A stretch of 64,000 bases of DNA from the NCBI GenBank assembly GCA_951813565.1, contig OX638351.1:2016001-2080000 (forward strand), written 5' to 3'. The notes beneath the pieces were generated by a model. It was not told the DNA's origin. It was given only the letters and a program-made list of their open reading frames with translations, and made no database searches. This document shows positions 50,138-60,780 of this stretch, piece by piece. The position numbers and the translations under genes were made by a program. The stretch is from an uncultured Poribacteria bacterium (lineage in GTDB: Bacteria > Poribacteria > WGA-4E > WGA-3G). The stretch's first letter is position 1. Each line of letters opens with the position of its first letter.

Positions 50138-51979
50138 TTAACTGACGATGGTTTTCACCTTTTGTACAATAGCTTTTGCGCTAATGCCGTGACGTTCTAA
50201 TAACTCATCAGGTTTGCCAGATCGGGGTATTCCTGTAACAGCAAGTTTGTGAACATGGACACCGTTAGTTGCAACAGCATCTAACACTGCATCGCCTAAA
50301 CCGCCTTCAGGATAGTGGTCTTCAACGGTGATTAAGGTGTTGTTTGTGTCGACGGCAGCGGCGAGCAGCGTTTCCGTGTCAATCGGTTTGATACAATACA
50401 GATCGATGATGCGGATTGAGATACCTTCTGCGGAGAGTATTCCATGCGCTTTCAAAGCCTCGTGTAGCGTTACACCTGCTGTGACAACCGTTACTTTGTC
50501 TTCAGAACTCTGTTTAACGACCTTACATCCACCGACAGGGAAACTTTCGTCGGCGTCATACAGAATAGAGGTTTTTGGGCGAGAAGTCCGGATATACACA
50601 ATACCTTTGTGTGCAGCAGCTTCAGCGACAAGACGCTCGGCTGCAACCGCATCGCTCGGATATAACACAACTGCTTCAGGAATTGCGCGGAACATAGCGA
50701 TGTCTTCTAAACCCATCTGCGAAGGGCCATCTTCACCGATTGAAACACCGCAGTGTGAACCAGCATATTTGATATTTGCTTGTGAAATAGCGGACATCCG
50801 AATTTGGTCATAAGCACGCGATAAGAACGCTGCGAATGTAGAAACAAACGGAATTTTTCCTCGTTTTGCCAGACCGATGCCTGCGCCTACCAAATTCTGT
50901 TCCGCAATGAACATCTCAAAAAACCGATCTGGATGGAGTTCCATGAATTGTTCTGCGTAAGTAGAGTTTTTGGTGTCGCCATCCAAAGCGACAACGTTGG
51001 GATTTGCCGTGCCGAGTTTTGCAAGTCCAGTGCCGTAACCGCCGCGTGTCCCTACTTCTTCATCGGGTGCATACTCTGGAGGTTCACAATCCGTAGGGGT
51101 AGAAACGTGCTTTTCTACAGGATTTGGCGTTTCTATTTGTAGCGGAATATCTGTCTGCAGCGGGCCGAGTTCGGCTAAAGCCTTATCAAGTTCTTCCCCT
51201 TTAGGGACGGCTTTCCCGTGCCAGTTATCTTCATTTTCAAGGAACGAAACCCCTTTTCCCTTAGACGTCTTGGCAACTATCATGGTTGGTTTATCGGTTG
51301 AAGCTTTGGCTTTTTCCAACGCAGGCAAGATTTCGTCAAAATCATGTCCGTCAATACCAATCGTCTGCCATCCAAACGCCTCAAAACGATTGCAGTAGGT
51401 ATCAATATCAAACGCATACATAGTGCGTTGACTCTGCCCAAGGGCGTTTACATCTACAATTCCGATAAGATTATTCAATTGATAATGTGATGCTAAAGCC
51501 GCTGCTTCCCAAACACCTCCCTCGGCAGTTTCACCATCACCGAGCAGCACATAGACACGATAATCCGATTTGTCTAAGTACTTACCATTGAGTGCCATAC
51601 CCAGTCCAAGCGATAAACCTTGCCCAAGAGAGCCTGTTGCGACCTCTGTCCATTCAAAACGGGGCGTGGGATGCCCTTCAAGAATGCTATCAATTTGCCG
51701 TAGTGTAGTCAGATCATCTATAGGAATAATACCTGCTTCAGCATAAGCGGCATAAAGCAGTGGCGCGGCGTGTCCCTTGGATAAGATAAACCGATCATTG
51801 TTTGGGTTTTGCGCATTTGTGCAGTCATAGCGCATTGTATGGAAAAAGAGAGCAGAGACAATATCTGCTGCTGAAAGACACGTTGTTGGGTGTCCGGAGC
51901 CTGCCTCCGATGTTGAAATAATAGAATGAATTCGTAAGTTCGTTGCTTCCTGTTCAAGAAGATTTTTCAAGGTATCCAC
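50138..51979 (-). CDS. tkt: Transketolase
   Basis: SGHPT, DRFILSKGHA, ThDP motif GDGE...N, IAEQN, GEDGPSQ. Confidence 0.96.
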   Translation of the reverse strand: MDTLKNLLEQEATNLRIHSIISTSEAGSGHPTTCLSAADIVSALFFHTMRYDCTNAQNPNNDRFILSKGHAAPLLYAAYAEAGIIPIDDLTTLRQIDSILEGHPTPRFEWTEVATGSLGQGLSLGLGMALNGKYLDKSDYRVYVLLGDGETAEGGVWEAAALASHYQLNNLIGIVDVNALGQSQRTMYAFDIDTYCNRFEAFGWQTIGIDGHDFDEILPALEKAKASTDKPTMIVAKTSKGKGVSFLENEDNWHGKAVPKGEELDKALAELGPLQTDIPLQIETPNPVEKHVSTPTDCEPPEYAPDEEVGTRGGYGTGLAKLGTANPNVVALDGDTKNSTYAEQFMELHPDRFFEMFIAEQNLVGAGIGLAKRGKIPFVSTFAAFLSRAYDQIRMSAISQANIKYAGSHCGVSIGEDGPSQMGLEDIAMFRAIPEAVVLYPSDAVAAERLVAEAAAHKGIVYIRTSRPKTSILYDADESFPVGGCKVVKQSSEDKVTVVTAGVTLHEALKAHGILSAEGISIRIIDLYCIKPIDTETLLAAAVDTNNTLITVEDHYPEGGLGDAVLDAVATNGVHVHKLAVTGIPRSGKPDELLERHGISAKAIVQKVKTIVS

Positions 51980-52002
51980 AAATTTCGTTTATCCTTTCCT
52001 TT

Positions 52003-52563
52003 TTAAGAGTGTTTCGCTTTCAAAATTTCCGAGCGCCGTTGCGCCGATATAGTAAGATAATGCTCTTTACAGGTTTTTACGAGGGACTCAAAAGTCTTAA
52101 TCGCTTTTGGAATGTCTTGGGTTTTGACGTAAGCCTCTGCCTGCCAATACATTGATTTGGCTACGATTTCGTTTGCCGCGGACTGTTTACCTTTCGTTTG
52201 CTTTTTTTCGTTTTTGATAGCCTCGCTAAATTTTTCTATTGCTTGTTCATAATTTTTTTCTTCATAGTAAGCTCGAACAGCTTCTGCATAAGCGAAGTTA
52301 TCTTCTTCCTGAGAATTAAAAGGTGCTATTTCTACACGTTGCTGTTCTAAAACTAATGAGGCTTCTTCCAGTTCATCTTCTTCATCATCGTATACGTCCT
52401 CCGATTCTTCTGGTTCTGGTGATTCATAAGCCACCTGATCAGAATCTTCCTTTTCGGTTTCGTCATTAAAACCTAAAGGATCAAACTCATCCTCATCAGT
52501 ATTATCGTTGTTGCTATCTTGAGCAAAAGGGTCTATTTCTTCTTCGTCAAGTTTGAAATCCAT
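52003..52563 (-). CDS. Acidic N-terminus plus TPR protein
   Basis: RBS GAGGAG at MDFKLDEEE; D/E-rich tract then TPR helices. Confidence 0.8.
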   Translation of the reverse strand: MDFKLDEEEIDPFAQDSNNDNTDEDEFDPLGFNDETEKEDSDQVAYESPEPEESEDVYDDEEDELEEASLVLEQQRVEIAPFNSQEEDNFAYAEAVRAYYEEKNYEQAIEKFSEAIKNEKKQTKGKQSAANEIVAKSMYWQAEAYVKTQDIPKAIKTFESLVKTCKEHYLTISAQRRSEILKAKHS

Positions 52564-52710
52564 TTTCTTCTCCTCAGTTGTGATGTTTCCTAACATACAG
52601 TTTATTGTTGAAACTATTTCAAGGAATTTTTCGATGTAAGCCAAGCAAAAGTGGTCATTCTATATGGAATAAATGATAACGTAATGGGTAAGTCATCAAA
52701 ATGGAACCTA

Positions 52711-52759
52711 CATATCTATATCATATCTATATCATATCATATCATATCATATCATATCA
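52711..52759. repeat. (ATATC)n microsatellite
   Basis: CATATCTATATCATATCTATATCATATCATATCATATCATATCATATCA in a divergent intergenic region. Confidence 0.9.
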
Positions 52760-52887
52760 AATTTAAGCGGATATGTCAAGAAAAACCCAAAAGTACATTT
52801 GAAAAAGAATTGACAGCAACAGTTTTTCTGTCTATAATAGATACGGATATTATTCAAAACTATAGGGATACTTTTCTTTTCATACTT

Positions 52888-54051
52888 ATGAACATGAAGC
52901 GAATAGGATTTATTCTTTTTACAATTATTTTCCTTGGTGTCCAACCGCTGTTTGGGCAGTTGACAGATCCGCAAACTGAGCCTTCTCCTCCATCTACGCA
53001 AGAAGGATCTGTGGAGAACGACGAACAGAATACGGAACTCGTTTCACCTTCCACACCAGAAAAACCTTCTACAATACGGGAAGAAGAGGATGTGGAAAGT
53101 GAGAAACAAGACACTGAAAATGCTTCACCTTCTGCTACACCTGAAGAAATCTCCATAGATAGCGACAAACAGGATGTAATCCCCATTATAGAGAAGGCTG
53201 AAACCGAAGAACCGCTTGATGCCCCGAATCCAGCACTGCCGAAGTGGGAGGGTAGACGGCGACTTTTCAAGATTGTTAACGATTATCAGTTAAAAGCAGA
53301 TGAAGCTGTGACAACGCTCGTCTTGATTGCCGGTGATGCTACTATACATGGAACAGTAACAGGAAATGTATTGGTGATCGGTGGGGATGTTATGATCGCT
53401 CCTGGTGCTCGAGTGAAAGGAATGTTACAAGTAATTGGTGGGCAGATAACCGGCAACCTTGAATCGGTAGCGAATGTCAGTGTAAGTAACCATTGGAGAA
53501 TACTTCCTGCTACAGCGGATCTTCTGATGCGCCCTCACACCTTATGGGATCTAAGAAAACATCGAAATTTCCGATTGACTACCATGAAGTTTGCGCTTCT
53601 GCTTTTGGCGTACCTACTAATTGCATTGGTATTTCCAAGACCGATAACTGCGATAAGTTCGCTGTTGACGCGTAGACCTATTGAGAGCATCCTATTTGGT
53701 ATCCTGATGTTTATTGTTATTCCAATAGTTTTCGTGGTGTTAATACTTTCTATTGTCGGATATCCATTACTGTTATTGAGTATTTGCCTTTTGGTGCCGC
53801 TGGCGTTATACGGTAAAACCGCTATCTTTTATACACTTGGGAGCACGCTTCTTGCCGGACGTTTAAAGCCGCTCGCTGTAATTTTTGGTTTTATTCCGTA
53901 CTTCATGGCAACTGAAATTCCACATTTGAACTGGATAGTTTTTCTTATTTTTAACGGCATGGGGATCAGTCTCTGTATACTGGCAGCCTTAAGCGCGATG
54001 TCATCACAGAACCAGGGTAAAAACACGCATTGGTCTGAAAGGGTGCGCTAA
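52888..54051 (+). CDS. Membrane protein with bactofilin-like beta-helix region
   Basis: Signal peptide, acidic linker, GDATIHGTVTGNVLVIGGDV repeats, C-terminal TM bundle. Confidence 0.7.
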   Translation: MNMKRIGFILFTIIFLGVQPLFGQLTDPQTEPSPPSTQEGSVENDEQNTELVSPSTPEKPSTIREEEDVESEKQDTENASPSATPEEISIDSDKQDVIPIIEKAETEEPLDAPNPALPKWEGRRRLFKIVNDYQLKADEAVTTLVLIAGDATIHGTVTGNVLVIGGDVMIAPGARVKGMLQVIGGQITGNLESVANVSVSNHWRILPATADLLMRPHTLWDLRKHRNFRLTTMKFALLLLAYLLIALVFPRPITAISSLLTRRPIESILFGILMFIVIPIVFVVLILSIVGYPLLLLSICLLVPLALYGKTAIFYTLGSTLLAGRLKPLAVIFGFIPYFMATEIPHLNWIVFLIFNGMGISLCILAALSAMSSQNQGKNTHWSERVR

Positions 54052-54053
54052 TA

Positions 54054-55055
54054 ATGCATCTTGAATTTCCCATCTTTCTCAGTCTGTTCCTCATATTGCC
54101 GATGCTGGCAATGTATCTTCGACGACAGCAAAAACGAGCAAACTTGCCTGCTATTCGCTTCGGTGAACTTGAAGGTATCCGACAAATTCCGAAAACGCCC
54201 GCTGTCAAACTACTACGATTGCTCAAGGTAATAAGGTTCATTGTAATAGCACTTCTGATTTTTACCCTTGCCCGACCACAACTTTCTCAAAGTCAAGAAC
54301 GGCGTTTCGCTGAAGGCATTAATATTTTCTTGGCACTTGATGTCTCTGAAAGCATGCGCGCAGAGGATTTTAAGGATGCTAATCGGCTTCAAACAGCGAA
54401 ATCGGTTATTCAAGATTTTCTAAGGAACCGTGAAAGTGATCGGATCGGATTAGTCGTTTTTTCTGGGGAAAGTTTCACACTTTGTCCACTCACGTTGGAC
54501 TATTCAGTATTGGTCGAACTACTTGATAACGTAGAAGTTGCTATGGGCGGTCAGCTGCAGGACGGCACAGCTATCGGCGATGCAATTGCAACTACTACAC
54601 ATCGGTTACGAGATTCAGAGGCAAAAACCAAAATTGTTATTCTTCTAACAGATGGTGAAAACAATGCGGGAACAATTGACCCTGGGACAGCAGCATCGTT
54701 AGCACAATCCTTTGGTATTCGGGTTTATACCATCGGCATGGGTAAAGAAGAAGGCGCGCGTATTCCTTATGAGGATACTACATTCGGAAAGCGATATCGA
54801 GAGGAATTAACCTATCTTGATGAAGACACACTCAAACAGATCGCCAACACTACTGGCGCCCGTTATTTTCGCGCTACGGACGTGCAATCGTTAAAGCAGG
54901 TTTATGCAGAGATTGACCAACTCGAAAAGACAAAATTTAAGGTTGTTAGCTATACTGAACGACAGGAGTTGGCAGCATATTTCCTCATACCGGCGGCACT
55001 TCTGTTAGGACTTGAAATTTTATTGAGCAACACAATTCTAAGGAAAATTCCATAG
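54054..55055 (+). CDS. BatA-like VWA domain protein
   Basis: LARPQ, MIDAS DVSESM, PLTLDY, GTAIGDA, LLTDGENN. Confidence 0.9.
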   Translation: MHLEFPIFLSLFLILPMLAMYLRRQQKRANLPAIRFGELEGIRQIPKTPAVKLLRLLKVIRFIVIALLIFTLARPQLSQSQERRFAEGINIFLALDVSESMRAEDFKDANRLQTAKSVIQDFLRNRESDRIGLVVFSGESFTLCPLTLDYSVLVELLDNVEVAMGGQLQDGTAIGDAIATTTHRLRDSEAKTKIVILLTDGENNAGTIDPGTAASLAQSFGIRVYTIGMGKEEGARIPYEDTTFGKRYREELTYLDEDTLKQIANTTGARYFRATDVQSLKQVYAEIDQLEKTKFKVVSYTERQELAAYFLIPAALLLGLEILLSNTILRKIP

Positions 55056-55093
55056 AACCCTTAGTATTTCCAATCATTCTATAGGAGACTATA

Positions 55094-55855
55094 ATGCAAA
55101 ATATCATTGCATGTAATTTAGGTAGCTATCGACAGTTTGGTGCGAATGCTTATTCGCACTTAGCAGAAATAGGGTTGACTAATGTTGAAATCAGGGTGCC
55201 TTCAGCTGATTCTATTGACACTGTACAAGAAGGTTTGAAAGCGGATGGACTCACTGCTACAAGTTTACTTGGCAGTTGCAATGTTCAATCTGACACGGTT
55301 GTTGAGGATTTTCAGGCGACTTTAGACACTGCAAACGAGATGGGTGTGAAGGTCATTTTTGTCAGTGTTCATGCTGGTGAAGCAGACCGAGACGCGGTAT
55401 ACGACCGTCTCCGCTCCATAGGAGAAAATGCTGCACCGTTAGGTGTTAAAGTGTGTTTAGAAACGCATCCAGATATGGCACACAACGGAGACATCGCGCT
55501 TGAGACAATGAAAGGTGTTAATCATCCGAATATCTGCATCAACTTTGATACCGGTAACGTCTATTATTACAACCATAACGTGACAGCTGTCACAGAAGTG
55601 CAGAAAATTGTTGAGTACGTCGGTGCTGTTCATCTCAAGGATACAAATGGAGGTTATCGGACATGGCATTTTCCAACTCTTGGAGAAGGTGTAGTTGATT
55701 ACAAAGCCGTATTTCAGACATTAAACGATGCCGGTTTCTATGGGCCCTTCACAATGGAATTAGAAGGGATTGAAGGAGAAAATCTTGATGAAGCAGGTGT
55801 TAAGGCTCGCGTGGCTGATTCGCTGCAGCACCTGAAAGACATTGGAGTAATCTGA
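55094..55855 (+). CDS. Sugar phosphate isomerase/epimerase (TIM barrel)
   Basis: LETH, FDTGN, VHLKD, MELE. Confidence 0.88.
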   Translation: MQNIIACNLGSYRQFGANAYSHLAEIGLTNVEIRVPSADSIDTVQEGLKADGLTATSLLGSCNVQSDTVVEDFQATLDTANEMGVKVIFVSVHAGEADRDAVYDRLRSIGENAAPLGVKVCLETHPDMAHNGDIALETMKGVNHPNICINFDTGNVYYYNHNVTAVTEVQKIVEYVGAVHLKDTNGGYRTWHFPTLGEGVVDYKAVFQTLNDAGFYGPFTMELEGIEGENLDEAGVKARVADSLQHLKDIGVI

Positions 55856-56214
55856 TGGATACGAATCTCTGTGTCATTCGACTCGGTGATGGAGAACGGG
55901 TCTGCGATACACTCGGAAAAATTCTTGATACGCCGGATATAACAACGATCGGACCTTTTGCAGTATCCAAGGAACACCCAACTGAACTCCATTACCACGA
56001 TTTTGATGAGTACTGGTATTTTACGGAAGGCACGACAACGGTGACACTGCGCACCGCTGACGGCCAATCCAAATCCTATCGCATAGGACCAGGGGATTTA
56101 GTCGTCACCCCCCAAGGTGTTGAGCATGGGCATATTCCAGACGATGTTGTCAAAGGTGTGCAGTGGGTGAGTGTGATTCATCCCAATGCCCGTCCTGGAC
56201 ATCTACACCGATAA
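55855..56214 (+). CDS. Cupin domain protein
   Basis: HYHDFDEYWYF..G, GDLVVTPQGVEH. Confidence 0.85.
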   Translation: MDTNLCVIRLGDGERVCDTLGKILDTPDITTIGPFAVSKEHPTELHYHDFDEYWYFTEGTTTVTLRTADGQSKSYRIGPGDLVVTPQGVEHGHIPDDVVKGVQWVSVIHPNARPGHLHR

Positions 56215-56272
56215 GCGGACTATGCAAGGAATCGTCGAGGTAGAAACCTCACCTACCATTGTTGAGGAAACT

Positions 56273-57160
56273 ATGTCAACACAAACAAATCTGTTGCCAA
56301 AACGCAGATTAGGGCGAACCGAATTGCAAGTTACTTGCCTTAGTATGGGTGGTGCAGGTATCGGCAGAGGTGATGTAACCGATGATGAGGCGATTGAAGC
56401 AGTACGCCGTGCCATTACGTTAGGAATAAATTATCTTGACACGTCACCGCTATACGGTGAGAGTGAAAGACGGGTCGGGTTTGCCCTTGCTGATGGATGG
56501 CGTGAGAAGATTTTTCTTGCTACAAAAACAGGGACACACCCTCAATGGCGTGGTGATTATAGTGCTGTAGGCACGCGGCGAAGTGTTGAAAATAGCCTCT
56601 GTCTGTTAGGCACAGATTACCTTGATGTCTGTTTAGTGCATGATCCCAAAATCATGGATCCAGTTGTTGCTAAAGGCGGTGCGTTGGATGAACTACAGCG
56701 GATGCGTGAGGAAGGATTGGTTAAATTTATTGGACTTGGTGTCCGAGAACACGAATTCCACAAGATTGCTATAGAGACTGGTATAGTTGATGTTATCCTA
56801 ACCCATTTGGATTATACTTTACTTAGCCAAACTGCAAATGAGTGGTTACTATCCTTTGCTTATGACAACGACATTGGTGTCATCAACGGCAGTCCTTTGG
56901 CAAGAGCGTTACTGACTCGACTTGAACCGGATATCAAAACAGAATCGCCTGATGCTAAGAAAGCACACCAACTCTGGCAATGGGCAGCTGACAACAATTT
57001 GAACCTACTGAATCTTGCCATCCAATTTTGCCTACGACAACCGTTAATAGCAACTACCTTGACAGGTTCTAAGAATGCGATAGAGGTAGAACAGAATTTC
57101 GCCGCTGCTACAACACCTGTTTCTGATGATGTGTGGGAACAACTACAAACGCTCTTGTAG
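56273..57160 (+). CDS. Aldo/keto reductase
   Basis: LGRTELQV, DTSPLYG, LATK, DYLDVCLVH; start could be 56222. Confidence 0.9.
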   Translation: MSTQTNLLPKRRLGRTELQVTCLSMGGAGIGRGDVTDDEAIEAVRRAITLGINYLDTSPLYGESERRVGFALADGWREKIFLATKTGTHPQWRGDYSAVGTRRSVENSLCLLGTDYLDVCLVHDPKIMDPVVAKGGALDELQRMREEGLVKFIGLGVREHEFHKIAIETGIVDVILTHLDYTLLSQTANEWLLSFAYDNDIGVINGSPLARALLTRLEPDIKTESPDAKKAHQLWQWAADNNLNLLNLAIQFCLRQPLIATTLTGSKNAIEVEQNFAAATTPVSDDVWEQLQTLL

Positions 57161-57171
57161 GAGAAGATTTA

Positions 57172-57924
57172 ATGAAATTTCAGGGAAGGGTTGCTCTGGT
57201 AACCGGAGGTAGCCGTGGTATAGGAAAGGCAACCGCTCTCAAACTTGCCAGTGAAGGTGCAACTGTTGCCGTACACTATTCCCGATCAGGTGCTAAAGCG
57301 GAAGGTGTCTGTGCTGAAATCTACGGTGAATATCAACAGAAAGCATTGCCTTTTCAAGCCGACGTCTCCGACAGAGAAGCAGTAAACAAAATGGTTGCAG
57401 CGGTGACAAAAGAACTCGGCACAATTGATCTATTAGTGAATAACGCTGGTGATGTTGGCGATATGACGTTTGACGAGCTTACGCCTGAACATTGGGATCG
57501 CATTGTAGCGATTAACTTGACCGGGCCCTTCAACGTGTTATGGGCAGTCAAACCTGGAATGATTGAACAACAGTTTGGACGTATTGTGAATGTATCGTCA
57601 ATTGCAGCGTTGGCAGTGCGTCCAAATCAACTACCTTACGCGGCGGCGAAAGCCGGTGTTATTTCCCTGACGAAATCGTGTTGTGGGCCGCTTGCACAGC
57701 ATAATATCCGCATCAATTCGGTTGCGCCGGGTGCTATCGCGACAGATATGCTGAGTGAAGTTTCGTCAGAAATGGTAGAGCAACTCCGTTCTACGACACC
57801 GCTTGGCAGGCTCGGCGAACCGGAAGAGATGGCGGATGTGATAGCATTCCTTTTGAGCGAGGAATCCAGTTATATGACAGGTGCAACTGTAATTGCAAGT
57901 GGGGGACGAATTCTCATACCGTAA
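57172..57924 (+). CDS. Short-chain dehydrogenase/reductase (FabG-like)
   Basis: TGGSRGIG, NNAG, YAAAK. Confidence 0.92.
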   Translation: MKFQGRVALVTGGSRGIGKATALKLASEGATVAVHYSRSGAKAEGVCAEIYGEYQQKALPFQADVSDREAVNKMVAAVTKELGTIDLLVNNAGDVGDMTFDELTPEHWDRIVAINLTGPFNVLWAVKPGMIEQQFGRIVNVSSIAALAVRPNQLPYAAAKAGVISLTKSCCGPLAQHNIRINSVAPGAIATDMLSEVSSEMVEQLRSTTPLGRLGEPEEMADVIAFLLSEESSYMTGATVIASGGRILIP

Positions 57925-59179
57925 CTACCAGTTCTGTCTCTCCAATTTCCAGATCGAAAGCAACATAAGTCTGCTTGCCCTCACAGAGAAACGTATCTCT
58001 CTGAAAATCTCGCCGAGAATGAACCTCGCGCAAATCCCATCCGTCAACTTGGATACGTCGTATCGGCACATCAATAACCAACGTAAAGTCTGCTGTCGGG
58101 AATTGGGTGGAAAGGTTAATCTGCTGTTGTTTTTCAAGGACTGTAATTTCAGTGAATTCCCGTGCCATCCAGTAGTGTCCAATTTCCGAGGTTTTCATCC
58201 AGAGCGTTTTCGTTCCATCGGGATCATAATTATCCAACCTTGACTTGACGGTTTTCAACACATCAAACCCACATTTTTCTCCGTTAAAATAAAAACCAGG
58301 CCAATGCCCAACGAGAACACATGGCAGTTCCTTCTCAAGAATTGGTGGCAAACGTCCACCTTGTCCATCTTCTGTGATGAATCGGTCAACATCTCCCAAA
58401 TCGTAGCCTGTCCACCCGCCAAACCAATCGCCAGCACACGCAACAATGCTTGCAATAGCGATCCCCTTCTCCTTTTCAACGTGCCAGATAGGGACATCTG
58501 GGAGTTCATCATGTTTAAGCCAAAGAAAGTAAAAGGGACATGGATTGTTATTTACCTCTTGTGATGCAGTTAGCACAGCCTTCGCATACGCAGCCTCTTG
58601 TCGTTTTCCAAATGCACCAGGACTCGTTACACCTTCACAAGGAATGCCAACATTATTAAGCATTTCCATCGCTGTGATAATATAATCTGTCAGTCTATTG
58701 TCAACAGGTGGGTCCACCCACTCAACTTGCTCCCACTCTTCAGTCAGCGCGAACGTATCTAAATCAACAACAGCGGTATGCGTGAGCATTTCTGGTGTTA
58801 AATCGAAGTTTGGCCAGATAATTTCTCTGTAAATCCGCAACCACGACTGATATTCGTGTGTTGGAAAATTAGGGAATCCTTCGTCAACGCGTCCGACTCC
58901 TGCGGGATAAGGTATAAGACTAAATTTGCCTTTCACACCGTTTTCCCAGCACCATTCTGCCCACTCCCATGCAAAATCGGCGGGAATTGTTGGCGGCATT
59001 TTCTTATGTTGAGTCGCATCGCCTTCCCACCGACCAGGAGGAACATTTGGCTGATGGCGTGCTTTCCACGCATGCCTTTGTTGTATCCAATAATATGTAA
59101 GATTAATTACCGGACACGAATCGTCAACAATAAGGGATAATGGAGTTCTGAGGATCGGATTGCAGATAGTAACGTTCAT
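57914..59179 (-). CDS. Conserved hypothetical protein, possibly carbohydrate esterase/deacetylase-like fold
   Basis: 421-aa ORF, IVDD motif, His-containing motifs; fold guess weak. Confidence 0.6.
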   Translation of the reverse strand: MNVTICNPILRTPLSLIVDDSCPVINLTYYWIQQRHAWKARHQPNVPPGRWEGDATQHKKMPPTIPADFAWEWAEWCWENGVKGKFSLIPYPAGVGRVDEGFPNFPTHEYQSWLRIYREIIWPNFDLTPEMLTHTAVVDLDTFALTEEWEQVEWVDPPVDNRLTDYIITAMEMLNNVGIPCEGVTSPGAFGKRQEAAYAKAVLTASQEVNNNPCPFYFLWLKHDELPDVPIWHVEKEKGIAIASIVACAGDWFGGWTGYDLGDVDRFITEDGQGGRLPPILEKELPCVLVGHWPGFYFNGEKCGFDVLKTVKSRLDNYDPDGTKTLWMKTSEIGHYWMAREFTEITVLEKQQQINLSTQFPTADFTLVIDVPIRRIQVDGWDLREVHSRRDFQRDTFLCEGKQTYVAFDLEIGETELVVTV

Positions 59180-59191
59180 TCTTTGCTAATC

Positions 59192-59971
59192 CTATGCTCC
59201 AGTTTCATTGGTAATTTGTTTAACACAGTTTCGGATGTAAGGCACATCGTCTACCCATAGCCCTTGGATACCGTTTCGCATTGCCCAAGCAACATCTTGA
59301 GACGTTAGGATAAACCCTGCTTCAACAATAATTCCATTTGCGCGAAGTTCGTCCACTTGCCGCGGGATGGAACGTGTAAAGACATTGTAGATTCCAAAAT
59401 GATTAATTTTGTTCCAACCAAAAATGATACGGTTCGCATCAATCTCGGTGGCAGCTTTGAGATAGTTTACCATCGGATTTATTAAAATTGCGCTTGTCTG
59501 AAGTTGTGGTTCTAATCGCTTAGCCTCAACAAGCAATTGCTTCTGCTTCTTAAAGTAAAAGGTGAGAATGCTGACGAGGTGAACAACATCAAAATGATGA
59601 ATACGTTCTATGATGATAGGAAGGAGTTCAGGTGTGTCCGATTTCGGTTCAACAAAGCATGGCATTTGGTTTTCCCGCGCAAATCTGAGTGCATCATCAA
59701 GGTGTGCCACAGGTTCATTTGAGTTTTGCGACTTTAACTGCCGTACTTCTTTCCAGTTTAATTGACTGAGAGGCGTTGTGCATCCGGTGGCTTCGCGAAT
59801 ATCATCTCGGTTAAAGTCAACGTGAATCAGCACAGGCTGCTTATCTTGTGTGAGACAGACGTCACATTCAAATCCATCAGCACCGTCTGAGAGTGCTTGT
59901 TTAAAGGATGCAAGCGTGTTTTCAGGTGCGCGTCCCATGCCACCCCGATGTGCAAGGAGTTGGATGTTCAT
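59192..59971 (-). CDS. Glycerophosphodiester phosphodiesterase
   Basis: AHRG..PENT, ECDV, EPK. Confidence 0.9.
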   Translation of the reverse strand: MNIQLLAHRGGMGRAPENTLASFKQALSDGADGFECDVCLTQDKQPVLIHVDFNRDDIREATGCTTPLSQLNWKEVRQLKSQNSNEPVAHLDDALRFARENQMPCFVEPKSDTPELLPIIIERIHHFDVVHLVSILTFYFKKQKQLLVEAKRLEPQLQTSAILINPMVNYLKAATEIDANRIIFGWNKINHFGIYNVFTRSIPRQVDELRANGIIVEAGFILTSQDVAWAMRNGIQGLWVDDVPYIRNCVKQITNETGA

Positions 59972-60294
59972 AAACTAATTTGTGCCGGATGTTCTCCCAG
60001 ACTTAATAATGCTCTACGCAGATTTATCCGCTGTGGAAGATTCATGTTCAACGCTTCAACTGTTGCCCTACCCGTTCGTGTCCGTCCTATAATAACGAGG
60101 AAATCTTCACTCCACATAAAATGTCTATGCCACTGTTTTTGACGAGGGTTGAAAAGCGGTACGCGTTGAACTGTCTGCGGGTCCTGTGCGTGTGTTTTGC
60201 ATACTTGTGGTTGTTACAACGCGGACATGCCCACGTTAACACTATTCAGCAAATGTTCAACTCTTAGTTCGGTGGGGACATCAACGATAGACAT
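59968..60294 (-). pseudogene. Degraded HNH endonuclease
   Basis: WACPRCNNHK, then frameshift into LFNPRQKQWHRHF..GRTRTGRATVEALNMN; N-terminal part deleted. Confidence 0.7.
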
Positions 60295-60363
60295 TATCGT
60301 TCCTCCGAGGATGTAATGATATAGTGATTACAAATCGCTTTATTTGCGGCTTATATACCACAA

Positions 60364-60716
60364 CTATAGTTTGGACATTTTTTTATATGTGAGTTCAATA
60401 TAAGAGATCGATTTATACATCTGTTAACAATTTTGACGCAACACACAAAACAGAAACCCTCTTTGCTCCAGCAGAGCAATATGTTTATAGCAACAGTATG
60501 AACCGTCATATCCGCTCCAGCGGAGCGGTCCGTAGTGAACTGGCACATAGCACTCCGCTGGAGTGCAAGAATGTGTACATAATGTTTTCTATAGACATAG
60601 CACTCCGCTGGAGTGCAGCATTTTCGCGGGGTTCCATTGATATGAGAAACTCGCAAAAAAATAGATTCTCCATTGAAAACTCAACTATCACTGAACAAGA
60701 ATTGTCCAAACTTTAG
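60364..60716. mobile_element. MITE-like element, family G (TIR CTA(T/A)AGTTTGGACA)
   Basis: 9-bp TSD ATACCACAA; REP-like doublets inside; related ends at 23283 and 25143. Confidence 0.8.
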
Positions 60717-60780
60717 ATACCACAAGTTTAACACAGATTTCTTGGGGTTGCAAACCATTCTGTGCTGGAGTACGGGTATC

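Noticed and set aside
52651..52887. N-terminal extension of ORF 52651..54051 (ISYHIISYHI)
   Set aside because: Translation of the microsatellite; the signal peptide starts at 52888/52894
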